Below, in pieces: positions 53,060-64,000 of a stretch of DNA of 64,000 nt. A program made the translations under genes and the position numbers. How positions within the stretch are numbered: the first letter of the stretch is position 1; each line of letters begins with the position of its first letter. The notes beneath the pieces were generated by a model that was given only the letters and a program-made list of their open reading frames with translations, did no database searches and had not been told where the DNA came from. Location of the stretch: contig NC_087437.1 in assembly GCF_036321535.1 (NCBI RefSeq), positions 87,422,001 through 87,486,000 of the forward strand. The letters run 5' to 3'. Origin of the DNA: Camelus dromedarius. Its lineage: Eukaryota.

Positions 53060-54241
53060 GTTGACAGAATATTTTATGATTCGGTCATAGCCTAAAAGAA
53101 ATGCAGAAGAAATGCAAGTCCTTAATAAATGAAACCTTTACACATGCATCTGATTTGAATGAAAACTCAAGTAATATGGCATATTGAAAAGATCCCTGAT
53201 CAAGGAGATGGTGAACTTGATTTCTGATATCTTTCTCTGCCACTAGCTAGCCAAGTGATCTTGTACCAAACACCTTGTTTTATCCTTACCTCAATTTCTG
53301 TATTTTTAAAATAAAGGGATTGGTAGAAATGATTTTTAAGATTCTTTTTAGTACAAAGATCTTATACTTCCAAAGATTAAAATTAAAGTAGACCCTTAAT
53401 TGTATACATCTATATACATATGCACAGATATACAAACATGCTCACATACTTAAATGTGTATGTGTTTGATAAGTATGCAGTACCACACACAATGTCTTGT
53501 TTTCTCCTCTTTAAGTAAAAATACAAAGATCAATAGCAAAAGGAGATATATTTTATATAAGAATATGAAATGTATTTCATTATAGGTTTCAAGAATCAAG
53601 AATTTATATGATGAGCAAATGGCATAAATCCAAATAAAGAAATTAAGTAAATCTTCAGACATAGCAGAATGAATTTATTGATGGTGGTAAATTTTTGGAC
53701 AGATGAGCATGAGAAGGAGGACACTACGCTACCATGTCATATTTTTTCAAAAATAACTAATTATTAAAACCTCACTTTAGATTGAAGATCTTTTATTTTT
53801 TATGTGACTTAAAGATTTCTTGTTATAAGTCCTTGCAGCTACCTTTTCCTCACAAAATATATACATATTTCAAATGTATATTTGAAAGTCCATGAAGTGG
53901 TAAATAATTCTTAATAAATATATATCTGTCCCTCTCAGCTTCAGGGTGTGGCTGCAGCATTTTGAGGCACACAGCTTGCTAAAATGGCATATACATCATA
54001 CACCTGCTTTTCTGCTTTGGCATCAATTGATGGCATGGCTAAAAGTGAATTTGCCTCATTCATGCCAGTCTGCAGGGTAATCACTACAGTTATTCTTTTA
54101 ATATATAACATTTATATTTTTAGCACCCTAGCCTCCCTATCCCCTCAAGATATAAGCTCATATCTTTGAATGGCTGAAAAACAAACAAACAAACAGGCTT
54201 TTTCACTTTAAAAAATTCTCTTAAATCTGTTTGCCAGTTTT

Positions 54242-54353
54242 GAGAGAGAGAGAAAGAAGAACTGAAAGAAGGAAAGAAGGAAGGAAGGAAAGGAGGGAGG
54301 GAGGGAGGATGGGAGAAGGGGAAGGAGGAAAGAAGGGACAAAAAAAGAAAGAA
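54242..54353 (+). repeat. Polypurine tract: (GA)n/(GGAA)n/(GGGA)n
   Basis: gagagagagag...gaaggaaggaaggaaaggagggagggagggagg; almost no pyrimidines over ~110 bp. Confidence 0.9.
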
Positions 54354-56639
54354 GGTCAGGTACTAGAACCAGAGAAACGAATGGATATGGAGGCAATCAC
54401 TGATGTGGATAGGCTAGGACAAGTCTGGTTCTTCAAACCACAGAAACCATGATACCAGTTTACGCAACAAACTGGTTATAATTTTCAGCTTAATGAAGAA
54501 AAATTATCTGAAAAGTCATGCCATGTAAATATGGTTTTTATTTCAACTTTTGCCTATATTCATGCTTTTTTGTGTGAAATGTACTTCCCTACTGAGTGAT
54601 TTTCCTCATTTGCCACACATACGCACCCCTCCTCCCACCTTGGAACTTGCGTGTATTTTTCTCTTATAAACTTCGACAGAAAAATTGGAGACTTTTTACC
54701 AATTAGATAATAAAAATAACTTCCCCTATTTCTCTCTGTTACTCAGGGAAATCTCAGTTGTGCTGTTTTCTTATTTCCTCAAGTTATATATGATCTTAAT
54801 ATATGCTCATTAATTCAGACACACCGAACATTTATTTTATTTACAATTTTTGCTCCTTGGTATTCTCAGGAGATGTACATCTCAATTTTATGAGTGACCT
54901 GGGGGTAAGTAGTTATACAATCATGCTCCAGCCTGTTTCGGTGTCACACATTCATAACGTTCAACCCTCAATCTACAACCCGCAGCAACATATCACAGTC
55001 ACAGTTCCAATCACACAATGTCCTACTGCAGTATTTCATGTCATGCCTTTGAGAAAGGCAGTTCCTGATTAGCCCCTGGATTTCCTCTGCTTTTAATGTC
55101 TGGGCCCGTTTGGCTGCTGACCTAGTATAAATGGGGATGGCGAGTATGTCTTTGGTCTCCTGTAGCTGCAGAGGGCTCAGAGCAGACATAAACCAGGCCT
55201 ACAGCCCTACAGCATCTGAATAGTGTTTCCTGTCTGTAGTTCTCATTTTTACACTTGGCATGAGCTGCAGTGACCTTTACCCTATTCTTTAAAGCGATGC
55301 CTTTTATGGAGGTTAAGAGTGACTTGGCCCCCAAGCTGACAAAGTCCTAGGCTCCCCCTGAACTCCAACTGCGCCATATGTGCGTGGTGCTATGAACGCT
55401 GATTTAGTGGTATGGGCAACAGTCCACCAGAACTGAGCACACTGAGATCACCACAGTTATGTGACTTGAAGATATTTGTGTACCCCACTGATCATTACCA
55501 AAGTTATGAAAGTTAGGCTTCGGGCTGCACTCATCTGCCGACTCAGCAGTGTTTTGACCGAATGAATAAATGATAGAACAGAAAGTACATTCTACAGCTA
55601 CTTGTAACTATTCTTATTCAAGTCGAACATGGGACTTGTAGTGAAAATAGAGTCTCAACCGCTTGGCTCTGGGTAAAGTCATACAGGTTTACAGTATCCT
55701 CTTCTATATAGTTTTGACTCCACATGTATTGGCACACATGCGGAATCATTTGACCTAAAAATTAGTAAGTCGAATGCTATGCTTCTGCAGTTTATTACTT
55801 AGGAATTCCATCCATAAGAGATGGTGAGAAAAGCAAATGTTTCCCTTTGCTTTCCATTGATATGATAGTTTGGGCACGTCTGAAAACTTTTGTAGGACAA
55901 AATCCCTGAGAAATACATGTAACGTTTATTGAGCAAAGCATTCTCAGTTTTGCAAAGCTGCAGTGTAATGTTTTATTATGCAGACTTTTTATTGAAATTG
56001 TAAGGGTATTTGTTTATTATAAACACCTTTGATTTTACTTTGAATACAAGTCAAAGGAATACATATAAAACTATATTTCTTTGCATTACATATCTGTTTT
56101 GAATTTTGGTTTTTGAAGATTCTATTTTAATCATGCCATCTCAGAAAAGAACAGCAACCCTGTTACTTACTATGATGACTATATGTCTATTACAGACAAC
56201 TTACAATGGTATTATTTTTGTCTGCTTTATCATTCCTTTTATCTTTAAAGCAAAGCCCTTGAAATAATAATAGAAGTCTTGAGCTAATTAGTCCATCATG
56301 GCTAAAATCATCTACCTGCAGTAAATGAGTGAGGATAGCACAACACTATGTCTCTTCTGTTTATCCCTCCCACTGACACTTTTGGGGCTTATTTAATTAG
56401 TAACCACATCCAATCATCAACACTGGAAGAGACAGAGTTGAAGATGCAGTTTCAAATATTCGGATATGTTGTGTCAAAAACAAAATCTTAATATTCACAA
56501 GTCATTGAGGTCAGAAAATGAAGAACTGACAAGTAATTTTTATTCCTAAATTTAGATTTCAGAAATTTACTTGTGAATTTTTGAGACAACAAATAAATAT
56601 GCAATCCAGAGAATGTGCTCTTTGGTACTTAACCAAAGG

Positions 56640-57300
56640 ATTTAAAAATACACGTATGTCCTCACAGAGCCCTGCGCTTCCATGTTTACATCAGCTTTAT
56701 TCATAATTGCCCAAACTTGTAAGCAACCAAGATGTGCTTCAGCAGGTGAATGGATAAATAAGCTGTGATACCTTCACACAATGGAATATTATTCAGTGCT
56801 GAAAAGAAATGAGCTATCAAGCCACGAGATAATATGGAGGAAACTTAAATACCAAGGGAAAGAAGCCAATCTGAAAGGCTACATCTATATGATTCCAACT
56901 ATATGAGGTTCTGGAAAAGACAAAACTACGGAGACAGTAAAAAGATCAGTGGTTGCCAGAGGTGGAGAGGAGTGAGGAGATGAAAGGATCAATAGATGGA
57001 GCCCAGAGGATTTTTAGGGTGGTGAAAACACTCTATATGATACTGTAATGATGTGTATATGTCATCGTACATTTGCCCAAATCCATAAAATCTACAGCAT
57101 ACTCATGTAGAGTATGAACCTCAGGTGGTTATGATGTGCCAGTGTAGGTTCATCACTTGTAGCAAATGGACCACTCTAGTGGGGAACATTGATAATGGGG
57201 GAGGCTGCACATGTGTGAGGGCAGGGAATATATAGATCCCTGTACCATCCCCTTAATTTTGCTGTGAATCTAAAAATGCTCCTAAAATTAAGTATTTGAT
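56640..57300 (+). mobile_element. L1MC1-like 3' end
   Basis: gcaaccaagatgt...ggtgaatggataaa, gaaagaagccaatctgaaaggctaca, gagacagtaaaaagatcagtggttgccag, aattttgctgtgaatctaaaa. Confidence 0.88.
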
Positions 57301-59121
57301 ATAAGTAAATAAACAAGTACAAAAGAGTCAAAATTAGTAACTTAATGTCAAAGATATATGACCATAGTATTAAAATTTGCTTTGGAGATAAACTATGAGC
57401 AATTAGAGAGCAGGGCTGTATTTGGTTTGTTCCTCTATTTCCATTTTCTACTTAATAAAGTATCCAAAACAAGGAAGTTACTCAATATATAGTCGTTGAA
57501 CTGAACCAGATAGATTAAGAAAAGTAATTGCTGTTAACTCAGTAAAATGAAAAATAAAACTGCATTTCCTTTCTGTGTAAGGCTTTGTCTTGAAAATCTT
57601 TCTCAAATAATTTTTATCTTTTCTTTTATATTTACACTTTCCCCTTAAAATTTTTCTTCCCTTAGAGATATATTTCCCGTAAATAGATACCTGCATTCTT
57701 CTTTTCTTGCCGATAATAAATTATAGCCAGAGTTAAGTAAAGTTTCTAAGTCCAGATGTTTTTTTCAGGAAAAAAATTAAAACCTAATTTTTATTTTACT
57801 ATCTGATTTAATAGATCATTCTTACTTTTTCTTAAACATATGTTCTCTACATAGAAAGTATGTGGGGGGTGTATGTGTGTGTGTGACCTTTGACATATAA
57901 TGACCTAAAAATAAGACTTAATTAATACTTTAATTTATCACATTTTGTCATTAAAATATGAGAAATTTTATAGTGTGATATCAAAGAATAAAAAGTGTTC
58001 TCCCTGCCTTTAATTTGCTTAAAATCAAATTGTGGACATATCCAAATTAAAAAAGATGAAGAATCTATACGTAGCAATATTTCTAAAAGCTTACACTAAT
58101 GGCATAAATACAGAGAAACATTAAAGAGATCCTGGCAATGTAAATCCAAAATTGAATTGCTCTGCATTATTGGACAAAATGAACTCTCCCTTCAGCTATC
58201 AACTTTAACATCTTAAGTTTCAACATGAAGATTCTGTTGGCACTTGCTATGTACAGAAAACCCAGAGAAGAAGATGGAAGATGGTTTAATCAAAATGCTC
58301 GATAAACTGCTCACCTAATTGAGGGGAGGGCAGAAATAACGTAGCGCTTTTCATTTTGTTGACAGGAAGCCTTGGGTACACAACCTGCTCGTCTTTTTAA
58401 GTGGAGCACCCTGTACTGTCTCCCCTGGGTGAGCTTTACAGGGGCTGTGGAAATAGGCTTCTCTCCGAATCCTTAACCACAACTGAGCTCTCAAGAGTAA
58501 AGGAGAAAACATGTCTTGCCTTCTGAATTCTTGCAGGGAATTGTGAAATATAAAATCATGATTTTGTGATTAAAAGCTCTAAGCATTGCTTCTCATTATT
58601 TGGCATATCTCTTTCAAGTTGTATAATTTTACATTTTTTTTATGAGTGTATCTTGTTAGAAAAGCAGGGGCAGTGGAAGGGCTTCCCATGACACCCCGTT
58701 CTGCTGAGATTATGATTGATTAAGAGTAGATTTTTTCCTATCTATTATAGCTTATTATAGGAAAAAGCATCGTGTGTTATTGAATGTCCTTGGGTAAGGT
58801 GCTGCCACCTCAGTTATTCAATGCCATAAGGCATGAAAAAGGTAATCACATTTTTTTCACAGATATAAAATGATGGGATATAGAAGGCCTTACTTATAGG
58901 CCATTAATAATGCTATAGTAAACTTTTAATGCTTATTTTTTTCTAGCTTCATTTGACCATGAAAAATGTACCACCAGTGTATTTAATTCATTTATATTCA
59001 GGAATCTCACCTAAATTGGCACTTGACATCATTATCCTCAAACCAAAAAAATGGTGCACTTTCTAGAATATGTCCCCAAATGGTCTGGAGGAGAAGTTTG
59101 GGCCATGAGGCCTTTTTACTT

Positions 59122-59332
59122 CCTTTTTTGTTGTTGTTGTTAGAGTATATTTGATTTACAGTGTTATGTTAGTTTCTGGTGTACAGCATAGTGATTCAGT
59201 TATATATACATATATATTCTTTTTCATTATAGGTTATTGTAAGCTACTAAATAAGCTTCCCTGTGCTGTACAGTAGGACCTTGTTATTTATCCATTTTGT
59301 ATATAGTAGTTTGTATCTGTTAATCCCAAACT
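59122..59332 (-). mobile_element. Short L1 3' UTR
   Basis: tgatttacagtgttatgttagtttctggtgtacagcatagtgattcagtt...ttaatcccaaac. Confidence 0.85.
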
Positions 59333-61099
59333 GCTTTCTTTCTGATTTCTCAAAATTGTGTGACCTTTGGCATATAAGCCCTCCTTGGGCAATCAAATGT
59401 CCCTGCAAAGTTAGAGGGTATTATTATCTGTATCCAACTTTACACTTTACCTTCCATTTTTTCTCGTTACTTTAGGAAATTGAATCAGCCTTTTCAGTTG
59501 GTAATAGAGAAGCATTTCATGACTGTCCACAAAATAAAACGAAGGATTAAGGGCTGTATTGCTTCTATATAATCTTAGTCCAGACCCAACATGAGTTACT
59601 CTTCGATAACAATAATATAGCTTAATCAAATCCTTGAAGTTCGAAGGGATAAAAGACCGGAGGGACCCTATGCTATTGTGATGTTGTGATGCCAATAAAC
59701 TGGGAAGGAATGCTTCACAGTTTGACTTGACATTGCAAAATGCTTTGAGACACTCTTCTTACAGCCTTTTGGCATTTGGTTTCAGTTGTACCTCGTGTCA
59801 TATTCACAAGAGTTGCAAAACACAAGTAGCCATTGTTTTATCCTTAGCCACCAAATCAGCTGAAATAGTATTGCCTTCTCTTATGAACCAAAAGATTTCT
59901 ATAACTGACGTGTCTGGACTCTAAGAAATGGGGGAGTACTTATGTACTAATCTAGCGACAGAGAGCTATAAATTAAAATATGAAGTTAACTTGTGTGTTC
60001 CTCAGATAATTACTTAGGGGTGGTTTTAACTGCTTTCTGTATTCCAGCTGGTCTGCTAGCACAAAATTCTGGAAATTTGACTTGATGCCATCCCACCAAG
60101 AGTTCTTACCTATCTTGTGATTAAAAAAAAAAAAAAATGGAGCTTCCCCATGAAAGCTGAGGCATGTTTGCAAGGCAGATTTCAGTTTGAGCACAATATC
60201 AATTTTGTGCTTATTGCAATCTTTAAGACCACATAAGGACCTTGTTAACTAAATACCTTTAACAAAAATAATGTGGATAACATTTCCATTGACCATTGGT
60301 ATAGTATAGCCATACTCAACATCTTTGGTACTAATATCAATGAATTTTGGTGCTTGTATAACAAGGTATGGAACAAAGAGTTCTGAGTGTATGAATGTCC
60401 TGCTTCTTGGGCTGGTGCACAATTAACACCATCTGATTCATGCAAATGGCAATTAACAAAACAAGAAATAAAAGGCAACATGCAATTATGAATTATTATA
60501 AATAATTAACAAATTCCAATACAAGCAAAGATATTGTTCACCTCTATAATTGACATATATACTTCTTAAGGGAGAATATCTGCTATTAGCAAAGTATATA
60601 GAAAAAATTACTTGTGTACTGTGTTAATAAAGTTTAAATTCATGTAAGTACTTTTTAGAGAAATTTGGACTAGTTGTAATAATATGAAATACAGTCTCAA
60701 CTTTAACTCAGGATTCATCTTTAGCAAATTATTCAGAGGAAATGAATTTGATTTGCTATAAAAGCATTCTATAACTGCAAAAGGATAAAAACAAATAAAA
60801 TAACCATAATAGGAGTGTGTTTGATTGAATTTTGTATTAGTCAGTACTAAAAATTCATGTTTTCAAAAGTTTTAGAATGAGAAAATGCTCTTGCTTAATT
60901 AAGTTAAAAAAATTCAAATATAAAAATTCCTTCATAGTCTGACTCACACTCTAAAATATATCTGTATCAATATCATCTAGATGATGGCTGAAGTGACCCT
61001 GTCATTTAATGTATAAATTTAATTGTTTGAATTCTTAAACACAAAGTTCAATTCTCTCCAAGATTTTTTTAGCTTCCCAAGTATTTAAGTTTTAATATT

Positions 61100-63000
61100 C
61101 TTCTAGTTGTTTCTCCTCTTAATGTTTTGTCATCAAGTAATTAATAATATTCCCCTATTTCCCTTTGACTTAGTAATATTTTAGTAATACTTGTTTCTGT
61201 TTGTAATAATGGTCATTTGTATTTTCTCTTTTTTTCCTTAATTATATCTGCTTGGTGTTTATCAAGTCTATACTTTTTTCAGTGAACCAGTATTTGTTTA
61301 TTTTCTGTTTTATTGTATTATGCTCCTATTTTATTATTTTCTTAATATTTGCTATTTTTTGGTTTTTGCTCTTCTTTAGAATTTCCTAATTATCCATTTA
61401 AATTAATGATGTCGTCTTTCTTGTTTTTGAATATAAACAATTAAATTATAAATTTCCCAAAATTATAAATTTCCCACTGTACACAGCATTAGCTGCATGC
61501 CACAAATATGCTCCACTTTCATTACCATTCAGTCTGATATATTTCTAACTTTCATTGCACAATTTTCTTTGGCCCATGGTGATTTAGAAGTGTTTAATTT
61601 CCAAGTAGTAGTATATTTTATAGATATCTTTTTGTTCTTAATATATAATTTAATTTTAGTCAGGGAACATATTTTATAAGATTTTAAACTTTTGAAATTT
61701 ATTGAGACATTTTATGGTACACCATATGGTCTATCTTGTAATTGTTGAAATGATTGGGTTTAAATCTATCATTTTACTACTTGTTTTATACTTTTTATGG
61801 GCAATTGAAAATAATATGTTTTTCTGCTAGTGATAGGTGTGACATTCTATAATTGCTGATTAGGTCAAGTTTATTGGTGGTATTAGTGGTGTTTGTGGTA
61901 GACATGGAAGTGGGCTGTCCAGGTTCCCTTTCAAGGAAGAACTTGCCAGAAGTGTAATCACCAGAAAATGCTTCCATGTCAGCTCCTTCAAGTTCTGTCT
62001 CAACTGCAAGAGTCACCTTACTTGAGGTCACATTTTTCCTGGGGAAGCTCCCATGCAGTAGCTAAGTAAGGTGCAGGGATGAAGGCACTGCTGGTTCAGC
62101 CTGATGTGGGCAATTCTGACAGGAAATATTTTCTCCAGGGCTCCTCACCCTGGTTAGGTTTAGAATCTCTCAGACCTATGTCACAGCCTGGCTTCTATTC
62201 TTACCCAATTCTGTTTCCTTCCTTTCACTGGTGTTGATTCCAAATGCTGTCTTGCACCCCAAACTCCTGCTCAGAGTTTGCTTTAGAAGATCCAATCTGA
62301 GAATATTGTTTATATATTTTCTGGGTTTTTTTGTCAACTATTTTTATCAGCTATTGAGAGGGGCTGTTAAAAATCTTTATCTCTGGTTTTAGATTTCTCA
62401 TTTCTCACTTTTATTCTGACATTTCTTCATAAATGTTAAAACTCTGTTACTGAGTCATACATATTTAGTGTTATTGTGTCTTCCTGATGAACTATCCCTT
62501 TAATCATTATTAAATGCCCCTCTTTCTTTCTTACAATATTCTTTGGCTTGGGTTAACAAGTTATCTAACTTATCTGATGTTAATACAGAGAAAACGTCTT
62601 TCTTAAGTGTACAGTTGTATGATAGATCTTTTTCCAACCCTTTAATTTCAACTTGTTCTTTTCTTTATGCTTACCATCTATTTCTTTCAGAAACAATAGA
62701 ATTAGGTCTTGCTTTTTTACCCAATCAATTCATTACTTTTCTTTTCATTGAAGTGTTGTGTTCATCTACATTTAATGTAGTTATCAATATGGTTGGGTTT
62801 AAATATATCATCCTGCAATGTATTTTATATTTGTTCTTCTCTGTTTGGCTTCCCACTTGCTCTGTTCCTATTCTCTCTCTTGACAACAGAATATTTTTAG
62901 CATTCCATTTTATTAACTCAATCAGGTTTTTACTTGTAAGTTAAAAATTATTTTCTTATGAGTTGCTTTAGTGCTTACAATAGGCATCCATAGCTTTTCA
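61100..63000 (-). mobile_element. Ancient L1M fragment (reverse), interrupted by LTR16
   Basis: T-rich; tagctgcatgccacaaat, tgtttaatttccaa, ttgaaatttattgagac, attgagaggg.ctgttaaaa. Confidence 0.65.
61894..62305 (+). mobile_element. ERVL solo LTR (LTR16-like)
   Basis: tgtggtagaca start, cccttt caagga, gaggtcaca, ccagggctcc, ctcagagtttgcttt; 5-bp flanks gtgtt/ttgtt. Confidence 0.7.
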
Positions 63001-63002
63001 TT

Positions 63003-64000
63003 GAAAATAAAAATCAACTCAGAGGTTGAGGGATCTCAGGGCAGAATGCAGATGGAGACAAAATAATCTGTGTCATAAACATCTGCCATACCTCCACTAA
63101 AGAGGGTCGGGGGAGGAAACACTGACCTAAGTAATTCCGGAAGTGAGTGAAAATAGTAAAACTGAAGACAAAGGAAACTGTACATAAGCACTATATTCTA
63201 ACTGGTAAACTTGTTCCTCACTGGGGTATAGTCTAACAACTCTGAAACCACTGAACATTTTACTGGGAAGGAACAAATAAATGGATATAGCTTAATGGTA
63301 GAAGCCAGGACCATTAGAGAGAAAAGTTGCAGAAAAGCAAAGGGGAGAGGCTGGAATGAACTCATATGTAGTACTGGGTTAGAGACAGAAACATCAACCT
63401 AAACCCCTTAATAGCTTAATATAGATGCAGTTGGGTAGATAGAGAAAGAATTATAGAGATGTGTGTGTGTATATATGTGTGTGTGTGTGTGTGTGTGTCT
63501 GTGTGTTAGTATATACACAAATAATTCTTCAGCTGTATCTGTGGAGAGCACCTGGAACAAGCATTCCACAGTAGCAATGAGTGCACCCAGTGCCCAAATA
63601 TTGATTTCTGTCACCAGTCTCCAATAAAAGAAAAGCGACCTCCTTGGAGAAATAACCAATACTAGAAATAAGACAGAAAATATTCAAGATGAGCCTGGAC
63701 CATCTTATGGTGCTAGAAAGTGTGAAATTTCCAGGAGAAAAAAAGAGGAAATTTGTCAAGAGATCATAGGAGCTTAATGGATTAATCTGAAAAAATTTGA
63801 ATAATGAAATAATGCAGTGTTATGTTGTAACCCAAAATATGAAATAAAATATCCATGAGCCCAAGCTAATATAAGTAAACCATTGGATAAATAAAGTGAA
63901 AAGACATAACATCCCTCAAAAGAAAATATGCAACCCTCGAAAAAGTAGAATTGAATTCACCACCCCCTTTAAGTGTGAGCAACACAGAGTGAATTCCTTA
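63003..64000 (+). mobile_element. Old L1 (L1MC/L1MD-like) 3' region with (TG)n at ~63460-63505
   Basis: ctgacctaagtaa, aaactgtacataagcact, gcaatgagtgcacccagtgccca, aaatatccatgagccca; homologous to 1-700. Confidence 0.75.

Noticed and set aside
54120..54452. Overlapping low-complexity ORFs
   Set aside because: Translations of the polypurine microsatellite.
62543..62944. 133-aa hydrophobic ORF
   Set aside because: T-rich antisense strand of an ancient L1.

Overview
AT-rich mammalian genomic DNA with no recognisable host protein-coding gene, so it is intergenic or the interior of a long intron. A tRNA-derived SINE at 43.7 kb with the Vic-1 layout and the young L1 copies point to a camelid (alpaca/camel lineage). 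The window is dominated by interspersed repeats: young and old L1, L2, MIR, MaLR/ERV solo LTRs and hAT MITE remnants. The only ORFs with real protein homology are L1 ORF2/ORF1 remnants. Repeat subfamily names come from recalled consensus sequences, not from a database search. The structures most worth checking are: (i) a TSD-bounded twin-primed L1 with an extra inverted copy of an L1 3' end at the inversion junction; (ii) a nested L1 stack whose middle element keeps the 5'UTR and ORF1 but lacks nearly all of ORF2 (HAL1-like); (iii) a dense TGACA/TGTCA motif cluster surrounding a candidate 27-nt microexon; (iv) two AG|GT recursive-splice-like sites; (v) a CpG-rich patch inside an old MLT1A LTR. 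I cannot support a wholly new biological system from sequence alone.
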